A stretch of 64,000 bases of DNA from Azolla caroliniana. Its lineage: Eukaryota > Plantae > Polypodiophyta. The stretch is from positions 186,001 to 250,000 of the forward strand of contig JBHGNT010000020.1 in assembly GCA_043228905.1 (NCBI GenBank), in the 5' to 3' direction. The notes under the pieces are model-generated. The model saw only the letters and a program-made list of their open reading frames with translations, did no database searches and was not told where the DNA came from. Shown here piece after piece: positions 21,430 to 36,200 of this stretch. The stretch's first letter is position 1. Each line of letters begins with the position of its first letter. The position numbers and the translations under genes were made by a program.

Positions 21430-24400
21430 CCAGCTATACCTTGAAGATCAAGGAGCTGTGCGACGCCCTTAGATCGATCAACGTCTTCATCGATGATGAA
21501 GAGATGGTGCAAATATGCCTCGGCGGCTTGGCACCTCGATTTCGCACGATTAGCTCGGCCATTCTCGCAAGGGAGAATCCACCTTTCTTTTTCAACCTTT
21601 AGTCGATACTATTGGTGGAGTAAAATCCTGCCCAACAAAGGAGCAATGTACCCGATAGTCAGATCCTCTACTCCCAATCAGATGATAGAAGAGGATTCAG
21701 CCGAGGAAATAGAGGACGACTCGGTCGAGGGCGACAGAGTCAATTGACCTGAGAACATAACACCTACCAATGGCAAGATGGTAGGAGCAATCCTCGAGAG
21801 TTCGGCAAAAGGGGGAGTCATCCTACCAAACCGAGCCATCGTAATAACCCGATCGAATGCAGGTACTGTGTAAAACTCGGCCACTACGAAGAGGAGTGGC
21901 GAAAGAAGCAACAAGAATCAGCATCAACTAGCCGACAACTCACTAACAATGCTTTGAATTCCGACTCCGACGATCATGGCGGAATGTTCATGATGAGGCA
22001 CAACGTGCATTCAATGTCAACACAAGGTGAGATAAGCATCCAACCATATGACGTCCCACGAAGATTGGTTCCGAGAATTACGTAAGCCCGATTAGCCTGA
22101 CTATGTCGAAACTGGAGATGACACAACTCACTCGATTCGGCATATCGGAAATGTCCCGTTTGGGAACAATGGCAAACAAACATACCTCAAAAACTTCTTG
22201 CATGTCCCAACCATCATGAAAAATCTGGTCTCGTTCGGCCAAATAGTAGAACAAGGCATGCAAGTGCGGTTCAATAATGAAGGGTGCTTCATTGAAAAAG
22301 ACGGTCGAGTCATACCTCACGGTCGCTGAGAAGGCCGAATGACAACGCGCATTCAATGTCAACACAAGGTAAGATAAGCATCCAATCATATGACGTCCCA
22401 TGAAGATTGGTTCCGAGAATTACGAAAGACCGATTAGCCTGACTATGTCGAAACCGGAGATGACACAACTCACTCGATTCGGCATATCGGAAATGTCCCA
22501 TTTGGGAACAATGACAAACAAACCTACCTCAAAAACATCTGGCATGTCCCAACCATCATGAAAAATCTGGTCTCGTTCAGCCAAATAGTAGAACAAGGCA
22601 TGCAAGTGCGGTTCAATAATGAAGGGTGCTTCATTGAAAAAGACGATCGAGTCATAGCTCACAGTCTCTGAGAAGGCCAAATGTTCATCCTCGAGTCGAG
22701 TGAGGTGAAGTCTGCCATGTTTGCAAACAACATCAAAGTTGAAACCGACTCGAACTTGTGGCACAAGCGAATTGGCCACATTAATCTCCAAAAGCTTAAA
22801 GGAATGCAGTATAAAGAAATTGTACTCGGACTCCCGACATTTACAGAAAAGGAGATACTTGGTGTATGTGAAGCCTGCCAGTTCGGCAAACAACACCAAC
22901 AGCCGTTCCCGAAAGAGAGGAACGTGAGCAAAGGAATCCTGGATGTCGTGCATTCAGATGTATGGGGACCAGCACAGACATCCACATTCGGCGGATGTCG
23001 ATACTATGTCACATTCATCGACGACATCTCAAGGCATACCTGGATCTATCCGATGCAGTAGAAGAGTGAAGTGTTCGAACACTTCCAAAGGTTTAAAAAC
23101 GAGGTCGAAAAAGTCACAAAACAACATGTTCGATGCCTTCAATCAAATGGAGGCAAGGAGTATTTCTCAGACAATTTTACCACATATCTCCAAAAGGAAG
23201 GAATTTGACGAGAATTCTCGTATCGACACATACCTCAGCAAAACGGAGTAGCCGAACAAAAGAATCGGCATATAGTAGAGGTGGCACGGGCAATGATGAA
23301 TGAAAAGAACTTGCCGAAATCGTACTGGGTAGAAGCGGTTAACATGGCCCTCTATCTTATGAATAGATGTACAACCTCTGGGTACACGACGTAACCCGAA
23401 TTTCTTCGAAAGGAAGCTGGATCTATCACATCCGAATATTCGGTTCTATCGCCTATGTGCATATTCCCGACGAGAAGTGATAAATGCTCGACCCCAAGTT
23501 GGAGAAATGTATCCTCGTAGGGTACTCGCTCAAACAAAAGGGGTACAAATGCTACAATCCATCCACCTGAAAATTTTGAGTAAGTCGAGATATCGTTTTC
23601 GACAAGTTGGCATCCTGGTACGAACCAAAGACGGCCCCCATTTCGACTCCAATCGACCCGGAATCGGCCGAATTAGAGATGGAAGAGGGAGATACGTGCA
23701 TGCTCGAAGATAGTCCGACCACAACTAGAGTGAGTGGACCACAGGAGCCACCACGCGATCAAAGCATATCTCGACCGAGTTTGAAACTCGACAAAGGGAA
23801 GGCTAAGATGTCGGAATACGAAGATCCAATCAACAATGAGTCAACTCACTCCCTCAACAATGAGTTCGAAGGCCTTAATATCCGGAAGAATGGAGCAAAG
23901 AAAGCCTTAGTCTCTGTAAACGAGAAGCTCCATCGCTTCACCCAAGAGAAAAACCCAGTCAGCCATTTCGGCTACGATGAGTATATGGCATACCATTATG
24001 CCTTTATGATGAAGGTGGAGACTGTCGGGGATCCGGAAACCTTCTCCGAGTCCGCTAAGGATCTGCAAGGGATCGACGCTATGAATGAAGAAACGCAGGC
24101 CCTATGCAAAAACTAGACATGAGATCTTGTTCTGCATTCTCCACACAAGAAACCAATCAGTTGTAGATGGATCTATAAGGTAAAATATAATGTTGACGGC
24201 TCGGTAAATCGCTACAACGCATGACTCGTAGCTAAGGGATACGCTCAAACACACGGAGTCAATTACGAGGAGACCTTTACCCCGATGGAAAAGATGAAGA
24301 TTGTTCGGACAGTCATTGCTCTCGCGGCCGCAAAAGGGTGGCGTGTCCATCAGATGGACGTAAAGGACGCCTTTCTCCAAGGAAAATTAGCAGAGGAGGT

Positions 24401-26143
24401 CTTCATGATTCGACCCCCGACTTTCAAATCACGTAACCACGCAAAAGTAGTTTGTTGACTCAGGAAGCCTTTATACGGCCTCAAGCAAGCACTGTGTGCT
24501 TGGCATTTGAAGATCACCCAGTATCTTCACCAAATTGGCTTCCGAATGTCGAAATCGGACAACTCTCTACACATCCGAAACAAGTCTAACAACCCAATTG
24601 TCATCATCTTGTACGTAGATGATTTAGTCATCGGATGAAAGGATCTCGCCAAGATCAATAAGGTCAAATCACTCCTATCCGGCAGATTCGAAATGAAAGA
24701 TATGCAAGATCTTCATTACTTCCTGAGTATTGAAGTAATTCGCACACCAATCGGGATATTGATCTCTCAACGACACTACATTCTTAACTTACTCCACAAG
24801 TTCAGAATGACTGAGTGCACACCTGTGTCTACCCCACTCAATCAAAATCTCAAGCTCGATGCCGATTTGGGGACAAAAGCATGCGAGTTGATTCAATATC
24901 AACAACTAATCGGCAGCTTAATCTCTCACGATCGCTTGGCCCGATCTTAGCTACTCGGTCGGCCTCCTTAGTCAACTCATGGTGAACCCACGAAATGTTC
25001 ACCTCGATTGCGCTAAGAGGGTACTTCAGTACGTCAATGGTACGATGGATTACGGCGTCCTGTATAAGTCGGACACAGTCTTTCGACTTGAAGGGTACAC
25101 AGACGCGGATTGGGCCGGCTATAAAGCCAATAGACGATCCACTTCTAGATTCATTTTCACCCTCAGTAGTGGAGCGATCTCCTGGAGCAGTAAGAAGTAG
25201 CTGACAATCGCATTGTCAAGCACAGAGGCCAAATACAAGAGCGCGGCAGTCGTCACATGAGAGTCTGCATGGTTGAAGCGCATATTGATGGATCTGGGCG
25301 TTCCCATCAAGGATCTAATTCGCCTATACTTCGACAACATGAGCAGTATCTATCTGGCTCAGAACCCGGTGTTCCACGCACGCACAAAGCATATCGAAGT
25401 GCACTATCACTTCATTCAAGAGCGCGTTCAGGCCGGAGATGTCGACCTTCAACACATCAACACAAATCTTCAGACAGTTGACATCTTCACCGAAGCCCTA
25501 AGAGCCGACAAGCTTTGGCAATTCATGTCAGACCTTGGTTTGACAATCCCTGACTTGCCAAGCTTGAGGGGGAATACAAGGGAGAACCGGATATCATCCG
25601 AACCGGATACCAGCCGAAGCGGACATCAACCAAAGGGAACCAACCCGAGTTGAGCTTGAGGGGGCGTGTTGAGAATCAAGCTCAACCTAGTGCAACATGT
25701 GAACACACCCTTTGAGAATCTATGATCACTCCAAGGTCAAGAGTCACACCACTACTCTCTACACCTTAACTATGTGTCATAGAATCATATTCTATGACAC
25801 ATAACTAATGAGTTCCATATTTCCGATGACTATGAATCTTCACATTCCCCAAGAGAGGGTAGTTGTTGCAGTGAGTTAATGAAGAGAGAGGGTAACCTTA
25901 TATAAAGCACCCTCCTCCTACTTCATATGGTGTCGGTTGTGACTCCTTGTAATGTTGCAACATTTTGTATTTGTTATTCTCCTTGTTAATATACACCTTC
26001 TTCTTGAGTACTTCATTTTATCTTGTATATTGTTTCTTTCATCTATCTATCTTGTGTTTTCTCTTCTCTCATCTCTTTCCTCTCACACATACACATAACA
26101 CACATTTCTTCCACTACACAAGAATCATATCTTATTGTTTACA
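21430..26143 (+). mobile_element. 5'-truncated degenerate Ty1/copia (gag end, PR, INT, RT, RH, PPT, 3' LTR ~25667-26143)
   Basis: HSDVWGP, LYVDD, GYTDADWAG and PVFHARTKHIEVHYHF with many stops; PPT GAGGGGG before TGTTGAG at 25667. Confidence 0.88.
22000..22683 (+). repeat. Tandem duplication (~342 bp x2) in the copia protease region
   Basis: ACAACG.GCATTCAATGTCAACACAAGG starts at 22000 and again at 22342. Confidence 0.9.
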
Positions 26144-26389
26144 ATAATAATAATTAAAAACCTACCTCCATCGTCGACAAATACCTACACGTAATTCACC
26201 AACAATTCCTAGCATTCACTAATTTGGACATTGACATCCTTGACCATTGATATTTTCAATAATTAGACTTAGAAGACTCAAAGCAACCATCCTCTCCAGT
26301 TCAAGTCCCCGGTGGTCTTGCTCTAATTCACATTCATGCGCTTAACTTCGCGACACCGTATGCCAATAGTGTAATAGAAAATGAAATCA

Positions 26390-29300
26390 GATGCAAACAA
26401 TGCATGTGATGTGTGAGTGCATGTATGTGAGAGTGCATGTGATGCATACAATTCATTTGATGTGTGATTATCATTTAGCGCAAATGTGTTACATGTGATG
26501 TATGATAACCATTATGTGATGATAATATAAATGCATAAAAGAAACTTATTCTAATTGTTCACACTCAATGGATAATATGTGAGGTTATGGGTTCAAGCCT
26601 TATACATGACATTTTTAATACTACATAAATTTGTTTTTTTTTTCCAAAACTACATAAATTTGTTTTCATAGCAACCCACTCCCTTTGATTGTGCAAATAC
26701 AAATACACCTTTAATTCTTAAATCATTTGCCACCTTATTGTTATCAGAAATTAGTATAATAGCTTGTTCTAGAAATCCTAGATAAAGTCTTCAGGTTCTC
26801 GCATTGTATGGTATGCAAAGGTTATCTTTATTTCGAAGAAGGTTTGGTCAAACATTAAGGAATTGAACTGACATTCTTCCTTCTTGGCTTCTAATCTACA
26901 CAAACACAAATATGTTATGTATCACCTTTGTCTCGATTCTTACTACAATGATATAGGGTCGACCCAGAATGATTGGGTAGAAACACTACTCTTAAACAAA
27001 GATATTTTTATCTTTAGAAAGATCCCCTATAGTTACTTTAATTTTGGGGCATGCTCATAGAGAAAATTATATTTCTATCAAGAGCTACTTGATGATTCAT
27101 GCAATTCCTCTTGTAATGTTGAGTGTTATCACACCATATATGCATTGACAAGTAAAGTTTTCTTTATGACCTTCCTTAGGTTTTTATTGGCTCAAGCTTT
27201 CAAACTTTTCTTGCTTGGCGAACCGGAATTGTAGATCTTTCACGCCTTTAATTAGCTCTTCAATTGGTGAATCTAACACTTTTACTTTTTCTCCTCTCAC
27301 TTCAATTGTCAATTCTTGTATTCGATTATCTCTCACAATAATCTTCCTCGAGTTTTCCGCATACTCATCCATCCACAATGTCCTCCTTTAGAGTATATGG
27401 CAAGCCTCTAAGACCCCATCTCAGTTGGAAACAAGTTCAGTGGTGCATGTTCAATCCTCTAGAAGGATCACTGGATCTTCTCTAAATTATTTGTCCACTT
27501 TTTGGATGTCAAACAAATATACCTTCTCTAACTGAAGAAGTTGTCAATTCCTCATCAAGAGCTCATTATACTTCTTTTCAAATTCTCTCAATAATTCTGA
27601 TACTTAAAGACCTTTCCCTCTTTTCTTGGTTCACTCAATAAAAGTTCTAATACAGCCTTCAAGCATATAGTCATCTAACATGCTTGATGAAACCCACTCA
27701 AATCTACACAAAATCTTTCTTGAAATCTTGTTACACTATGTTGAATTGAGCCACCGTGTGTAGCCCAAAAACACCTTTATTTGGTCATTTCATTCTCATA
27801 AACGCCTAGAAATCTCGTGATGTCTTCACCATTAAATTGACCAATCTTCTGAATAACCTATTGTGCAACAAATATCAACTCGCTTTATAATCGGTTAGCT
27901 GCCCTTTTTCCTAAGTTGTATCATTCATCTCATCATGGGCATCATGAAGTTGACTATGTTTAATTGAAACCGATCTCCACCATTTCTTCTATCAAAGACT
28001 CCCTCTTGTCGATGTTTCACGTTGGATTCACCAAATTTCTTTGTTTCTCCTCTTGCTTGAGTAGTTGATTCTTGTCTTGGATTATCTCTCACAATAATCT
28101 TCCCCAAGGTTTCCACATCGTGCTCCATCCACAATGCCCTCCTTCAAAGTATACAACAAGCCTCTAGGACCTTGGCCCAGTTCAACACAAGTCTATTTGT
28201 GCTTGTTCGATCCTACAAAAGGATCACTATATCTTTTCTAAATCATTTTTCAGTTGTTGGGACAAAGAAATTTCTATCTTCTCCAACTGAAGAAGCTCTC
28301 AATCCCTCGCCAAGAGCTTGTTGTACTTCTTTTCAAATTCTCTCAGTAATTTTGACAATGAGAGAGCTTTCCCTCCTCACTAGGACCACTCGAGAATTTT
28401 TTTTGTGACTCTAATATAGTCGTCAAGCATATACTCATCTAACAATGCTTGACAAAACCCACTCCAATCTACTTGAAATCTTTCTTGAATTTTTGCTACC
28501 TTTTAGATTCACTACTCTATTGAATTTTTGCTACCTTTTAGCCCATTTGCACCTTTATTGGCCATTTCATTCTCATAGCCCTCTAGAAATCTCATGATGT
28601 CTTTATCATTGAATTGACCAATCTTTTGAATAACCGATTATACATAAAGTCAACCCCCCCCCCTCCGCCCGCCCGCGAGAAAGGCTTTGAGGCGCACTTT
28701 GGTCTTGTATCATTTGGCTCATCATGGTCATCCTGAAGTTTACCATGTATTCATTGAAGTTGCACTCAACCATCTATTCTATCAAAGAATCCCCTTCATC
28801 GACGCTTCACGCTGTCGTAGTGTATTTCGTACACTACGTGAAAAAGTAAAAATAATATAACCGATTTAATTACATACCAATAAATAAAATAAGAATATCA
28901 AGATATTTATCACGTGCATAGGGCAAGATTTGAACCTTGTACCTCCACATAGCCAAACCTCAACTTTACCATTATGCTACCTTATCTTTAGTGTTCTATA
29001 AATAGATTTAATAACTATAAGTCCTTTATTTGCGCCTACCTTTATTAAAAGGTAAATCATGCATTTTTAGAGTGCGTGAATATTTTATAGAAAAGCGCAA
29101 GCAACTAAAAAGTGACTCATGCACATCTAGCGTGCATGAGCACTATATTTAGCAAATAAAAGCAAGGATTAGAAAAGCATCACATGCACATTTAGTGTGC
29201 ATGAACATATTAGAAAAAAAAGCATGTAGCTATGCTTAGTCTCTCCCATCACTACATAAGGATGGGGAGCACAATGTAATTATGTGTGAAAAATATTTGG

Positions 29301-30126
29301 GAAATTGGATATATTTCCTAAAACACCAACAATCAATAAAATATACTCGTGGGATTCACGAAGTTTAAGATAATCTATCTCTTTCAATCTAAATTCATAT
29401 TCTTACATAAATATTGATTAATGTAATACTTGTGGGATTCACAAGATTAGCCTCAAATTCTTCCTCCTCCTAGTCCAAAACCCCGGTGGTTCCCACCCGA
29501 CTCACGCAAACGATCCGGAGCCGAAAGGCACGACAACGCTGGTTCACCAAAATTTTGTCTTAGAGTTTGTGATCAATGCTCCGACCACTGAGGTTATGAA
29601 CGAGGAGAGTTCCTAAAGAAATGGAGTGAGATGCGCACGGAAAAGAGATAGAGATCATGTATGATTCAAAGAGTATATGATAAAACTATGCATTATTAAA
29701 TTGGGAATCTAAGATCTTATTTGCACAAGTAAAAATATTTCATCACAAGATAAGGTTGACACCTTATCTCTACCAAACTTTAGGTCAAACCCTGGACTTC
29801 AATCTTGACTGATGAGAAACCTTCCCAATGAGCTAACTTACATGTCCTTTTCCTTAATGCATGCATGTTTCTTAACCTTCTCTTTAAATTGGTGTCTGAA
29901 TAAGAATGCATGTGATGTGTGAGTGCATGTATGTGAAAGTGTGTGTGATGTGTGGTCGCCACTTTGTGTACATGTGTTACGTATAATGCATGACAACCAT
30001 GTTGCACATTTGAGTGAATACATCTACATGACATAATTATGATAAATGCGCAAAAGAACTTATTCTAATGAGTTACACTCAAAGGTAGATGTATAAGGTT
30101 ATGGGTTCAAAGCCTCACACATGACA
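26390..30126 (-). mobile_element. Old internally deleted Trp-primed gypsy (5' LTR 29556-30126, split PBS, duplicated gag remnants, 3' LTR remnant ~26390-26611)
   Basis: U3 blocks 29905-30126 and 26399-26611 are homologous; PBS TGGTGAACC at 29541-29549 on minus; two degenerate gag copies at ~27280-28035 and ~28060-28810. Confidence 0.7.
28813..29535 (+). mobile_element. Solo LTR of the Trp-primed gypsy family, inserted in the PBS of a related element
   Basis: TGTCG..CGACA termini; TSD ACGC at 28809-28812 and 29536-29539; homologous to 16623-17436. Confidence 0.9.
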
Positions 30127-30736
30127 CCGCATAGATCAAAATCATGATGACAACACTCCCAATGGTTCTGTTATGTCGTACTTCTTTATGAAATAAATAT
30201 TCATTATCCCTACTTATGTTGTTTATGATTGTAATTTGTGACTTATCCCCATCTCTAAAACTATTTTTTATGATAAAATACTAAATATAAAAGGTCTTTA
30301 TACCATTTTGGTGGAGGCACACACACACACACACATCACTACACACAAAAATAGATATCTGGTCAATATTACTTTATTTTTTATTTCTTTTGTTTAATGT
30401 CACGATAATTGCTCTATTTCCGTACTAATGTTGAATGAACCAACCAAATCTTAGAGCAATATTTACATTGCTTTATTTCCTATCAATTAGATGATTGGGT
30501 TGATTGGCTTCCTATTGTAGAGTTTGCTTACAAAAATTCTATTCATGCTTCTATAAAGCAAACTCACTTCGTTGTAGTCTTTAGACAACATCCTCGATGG
30601 TTTTTCATGATGAATATGGAAATATCCATCAACCCTCACACAACAATATTTAGAGTAAGTACAACAAATGCATATTGAACCCCAAGAGGAAGTTCAACAA
30701 ACCCTATAAAATTATGAAAAGTTTTTGTTGAGAAAT

Positions 30737-31168
30737 TGTTACCGGCCGGCAAAGGAGTCCAGAGTGTGGAACGGAGAGTTATTTAATTAGTAGGAATGGT
30801 TGTAAGTAAGCTATGAGTGTGGACGGACGGACTGGAATCGGTATGCCGTTCCGGATCCGGACCGATCCCGAACAGGTGCGGATGGCACCGTTTTGTACTA
30901 CAGACCGGAAACCTATTTAAAGGCCCGGATACAATGTAATGAGTAGCGGTTAATTAATAAAGCTTAGTGTTTCTTATCTCTGTGTTAATTGCCGTTCTGC
31001 ATTCATTGTTATATCTTACGCGTGTGAATATTAAGGACAATCATGCTAAGTAACCTAATTAAGTCGGATTAAGTGTTGAGTCTAATCCTATTGCCGTAAC
31101 ACCCCTTTTGTGAAGTGTCTTCCGTAGACACCCTGTGTTAGGCCATTGTCCGGCCCTAAGAGTTAACA
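30737..31168 (+). repeat. 5' LTR of the large gypsy
   Basis: TGTTAC...GTTAACA; repeated at 45862-46079 and 51794-52007. Confidence 0.93.
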
Positions 31169-31608
31169 CAGTTTTTGGCGACCACGATTCCTATTTTTAC
31201 AGCGAACGACGGCACGGATGGATGATTAGATCAACGCACGACCTGGTTACAGATCGAACTTGACGCCTTGCCGAAAGGCAAAGGAGACGTGAGGCTTTCT
31301 AGCAAGCGGCGCAGGAAATTAGAGCGGATCGCTCGTTTTCCAACGTAATCCGGAGAGTAGCAGAGGACTCCCTCTGGTTATAGCAAACATTGCACCCAGA
31401 CGACGGCAACAGCCTAAGCAGCCTCCGGGAAACCGAATCCCTTCTCCAGGCATTGGCAAACGGAGAAGGCGAAGCAGAAGCCTTTTTAGCGTATGAATCG
31501 GATTCCGAAGGGGAATACAGCGTGCACACGAACTAACATAGCAGCAACGAAACCCCGGGCGGACCGGAGGACGAAGGATCGGACACCTTACCAACACCGG
31601 AACCGGAA

Positions 31609-33275
31609 TTGCTAAGGCTGGAACCTTCGGAACCAGCAAAGGAAGAGCGACCTCCGACACCGGAAGTCGAGGAGGAGAGGCCTCCGTCACCAAAAGAAGT
31701 GGAAAGACCACCGACGCCGGAAACAAATCAGGAAAGACCACCGACGCTGGAGAAAAACCAGGAACGACCACCAACACCGCCAACCCGCGCACTGATACCG
31801 GACGACGACATGTCGTTCCAGTACTCCAAGTATAGAGATGATCTGGACGCGGAAGCTCATGTTCACACCTTTGAACAGACATGGGAAGCAAACCATGTGT
31901 CCCAGCGATTGACCCTGGAGGAAGAGGAACGCTCTAAGATAGCGGAATTTGGCGTCACATTGGAGGGACCGGCAGCAAGATGGTGCCGGACGCAGGACCC
32001 GTCTACCATCACCACCTTTGCAGATTTAAAAGCTAAATTCTTGCATTTTTTCCAAAAGGAGGTGGACTAGACAGTAATGGTGGGCTTATTTTATACCATC
32101 CGACAGGAGGCAGGGGAGAGCATTCCCCAGTTTGTCATCCGGTTTCAACGAATGCATAGTCAGCTGGCCCGCGCACCCCCGGAGGAGGAATTACGGACTA
32201 TATTTCTGAATGCGCTCCGGGAACCCCTACGCACGGTTTGCACGGTAATTGACTTCCACACAAGTACCATCGACCAGGTCATTGACCGGGTGAGAGAGAT
32301 GGAAAAGACAAGCTCCTGGCTCACATTGGGAGCACTCCAACGGGCGTTACCGTCCGATGAAGACCTCCGGTTCCGGCAAGCAATACAGTGCACAACCTGC
32401 TTGAATTTCGGACACTCGACACTAGAATGCACTATGAGGACACAATGTGTAATCTGTCAATCCAAGGGCCATACGACGGATAGGTGCGAGTATAATCTAT
32501 TGAACCGGCAAGCAACGCCCGTCCGACAAATAGAGCCACGCAGCAGCCGGGATGAAGAAGAGGAATGTTGGCGGCGAATGGACCGCGACCGACCGGCACA
32601 GGATGTCCGGTATGGCAATCGACGGGAGAATGATGTCCGGTACAGTGATCGGCGGGATAACTATGACCGGCAGGATAGATATGATCGGTACCGGGATTAC
32701 AATAGACGATACGAACATTACGACCGGGAGCACTCCCCCGGGTATCGTCAGCAACGGGAGGAATACGGCAGATATAACGAGCAACCTCATCAAGAGTACC
32801 GCAATAAGAAGAACTATAACAAAAAACGGCATTTCAAAAGGCGGCTACCCACGGGATCTGGAACAAGGAGCTTCAAGCAGCCAACCGGCCCAAAACCCCG
32901 CGCTTACCACAGGACCGGCCTCGGGTACAATAGACAATGTCGAATCCAGCAATACCCGGAAAGCCTACTGCTACTACTGCCCGACAGGAAGGCCATTATA
33001 GTAATCAATGCCCGGTGAAGAGCTATGAAAAACGACCGGCAGTAAATATGGTAGTCCCTGAGGTGGCAAATCTACAGCAGGTGACCACAAGGTCGAAGGG
33101 CATGGCCAAGGAACGGGAGACGCAGGAGACCATCCGGAAGCAAGCGACGGAATGGGTAAAGAAAGCAAACGAGCAGAATGTCACAGACTTACAACGGCAA
33201 AAGGAGAACACTGTAGGACTTGCCGGCGGCAGTCACTCCGAGAACGAGATATGGCAGGCGTTGCAAGAATGCTAG
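31609..33275 (+). pseudogene. gag: Gag with CCHC knuckles, disrupted by stops and frameshifts
   Basis: IRQEAGESIPQFVIRF, CTTCLNFGHSTLEC, CVICQSKGHTTDRC and a frameshifted CYYC-RQEGHYSNQC; TAG at 32068-32070. Confidence 0.85.
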
Positions 33276-33278
33276 ATT

Positions 33279-36200
33279 ATGCTGCCACTAGGAAGACTCC
33301 TACAGCTCGTGCCAAGATTCACGGAAGGACTGAAGACGGCCATGACGGCAGGAGAATCATCACCGGCACTGGTACTCTTCTCGAATCCGGAGGAGGGACC
33401 AATGGTGGTGGACACCAGCAGTCTGGTAATCACTGCCATTGTAAAAGGGAAAGAACTCCCCGCCACAGTTATAGATAGAGGCTCCGGGGTGAATGTAATA
33501 AGCCTCCGGACGTGTGATGACCTGGGAATCCACGAGTGGGAGCCGTGTCCGTTCTGGTTACGGATGGCCGATACAAGCTCAGTGCGGCCGACAGGATTAA
33601 TACGAAAATCAGAAGTCACCGTTGGCGGTCACACATTTCACATCTCGACAGTTGTGCTACAATTACAGGCACAAGGCGCATACCCGCTATTGTTGGGGCG
33701 GCCGTGGTTGAAAACGGCACATATCAAACAGAATTGGAGGAAAAATATAATTACCTTCCAGTGAGGAAAAGCCAAGGTACGGGTACCAACACAGCCAAGG
33801 ACGAGCACTGGCAAGGAATGTACACCGTTGTATGCAGAGTGCGTCATCATGCTAGAAGGGTTAGCTAACAAAGAAGAAGCTTAGTACTTGCAGGAAAACC
33901 CAAAGATCACACCCCTCTTCGAAATTGACATTGTCGAAGCAGTAGCACCATACATACCGCAACCGGAAGAGGCTGAAGCAGAACCGGATAAAGACGCAAT
34001 CCGGGAGTTACGGCAAGCGCAGGAAGCATTGGAACGGGAAATGGCCGTTTCACAGCGCGTAAAAGCGTCGCAACTGGAAGAGGTGAACCTAGGGACCACG
34101 GACGAAGCAAAACCGGTGCACATCGCCAAGGAGATGAAGCCCGAAGACAAAACGGCGATGATCACACTTCTCACAGAATTTCGCGACGTGTTTGCCTGGT
34201 CATACGAAGACATGCGAGGATTTGACCCTCAGTTATACTAGCATCAGGTTCACTTGAGCAAGGATGCAAAACCAGTGGCACAAAGACGGTACCGGATGAA
34301 TCCCAATTATGCCGCCAAAGTCAAGGAGGAAATCGACAAATTGCTAAGAGTTGGCTTTATCCGGCTGGTAAAGAAAGCGACATGGCTGAGCCCAATCGTA
34401 GTCATACCGAAGAAGAACGGAAAAATTCGAGTTTGTGTGGACTATCGGAAACTCAATGCGGCTACGGTAACGGATGCGTTTCCACTCCCGTTCACAGATG
34501 GAGTGTTGGATGCCGTCGCCAGCCATGAGGTCTATAGCTTTCTAGACGGATTCAGCGGGTATAATCAGATCCGGATGCACCCCGACGACCAAGAGAAAAC
34601 GGCTTTCGTCACCGAATGGGGGGTGTTTGTGGCCGTGGTGATGATGTTCGGACTCAAAACGGCACCGGCAACATTTCAACGAATCATCATGGAAATCTTT
34701 GGTGAATATATCCCGGCTTTTATGCAGGTTTTCCTTGACGATTTCGCCGTCTATAGCCGGGAGGAGGACCATTTTCAGCACCTTCATCTTTGTCTAGAAA
34801 AGTGTAGAGCGTACCGGCTAAGCTTGAATCCGGCAAAGTGTGTATTTGGCATGTCCAATGGAACTTTATTAGGACATATTGTGAGCCAGGAAGGTATTGC
34901 AGTCGACCCGGACAAAGTGAAAGCCATATTAGAAGCACCGGCGCTGACAACAGCAAAGGCATTAATCCGGTTCTTAGGCCAGATCCGGTGGCACAGCCGG
35001 ATGCTCCGATACTTGGCCGACCTGGCTACATCATTGCATGCCGCCATACATCGGACACCATTCCAGTGGACCGACACCGAGGATAGGGCGTATAGGGCCC
35101 TCAAGGTACAATTGTCTCAAGCACCGGTAGTGCACCCACCGGATTGGAGTAAACAATTTCATGTGTTCGTAGACGCCTCCGACATCACAATCAGAAGCGT
35201 ACTGATGCAGCTTACGGAGCCAAAGTGGTACCGGCCAGTGTACTATGCCAGCCGAAAGCTATCCCAAGCGGAACGGAACTACTCTACCACGGAACGGGAA
35301 GCTCTAGGGATGATCTACAGTGTGACAGAGTTTCGGCATTATTTATTGGGAAGGAATTTTTCCTTCCATGTAGATCATTCGACACTCCTTTACCTGGTGT
35401 CTAAAGCGTCACTCACCGGTAAGTTGGCCCAGTGGACCTTACTGTTACAGGAATTCGAGTTCGAAATATTCCACTGACCCGAGATACAGCATGTCGTAGC
35501 AGATTACTTAAGCCGATTAGAGTCCGGAGAGACGGGTGACGGAGTAGCGGACGAGTTTCCAGATGCGGAGCTGTTTCGAGTCACTACGGAAACGGCAGCA
35601 GATGAGACGGTGGCACAGGAAGACAAGTGGCTCACAAATATGCACCAGTTTCTAAGCACAGGACTGCCTCTGGAAGAGATGAACCGGGACGAAAGGAAAC
35701 GCCTGGCGGTTTAAAGCCGACATTTCTGCTTACTGCGAGACACACTTTACCACAAGGGCGCGGACGGCATATGGAGACGGGCTATGCGCAGCGATGAAAA
35801 GGACCTCATACTGAGGGAAGCCCACTGCGGAGCTGCCAGAGGTCACTATGTCGGAGATGCGACGGCTAGGAAAATATGGCAAAGTGGCCTATGGTGGCCA
35901 ACAACATTAAGAGATGCAGTACGGTACGCAAAAGAATGTGACCTATGCCAACGAATGGGCCAGCCAACGGAGCAGGCTCGAATGCCACACCAGCCTGTAC
36001 TACCACTCGAACCATTCCAGAAGTGGGGGCTGGACTTTGTTGGACCGTTCAAACCACCGGCAATGAGAACAGGTAATCGGTACATCATCGTCGCGACGGA
36101 TTACTGCACGAAATGGGTGGAGGCCAAAGCCTTAAGAGACAACACCGCTGTGTCAACGGCAAAATTTCTATACGAGTACATTTGGTGCCATTACGGATGC

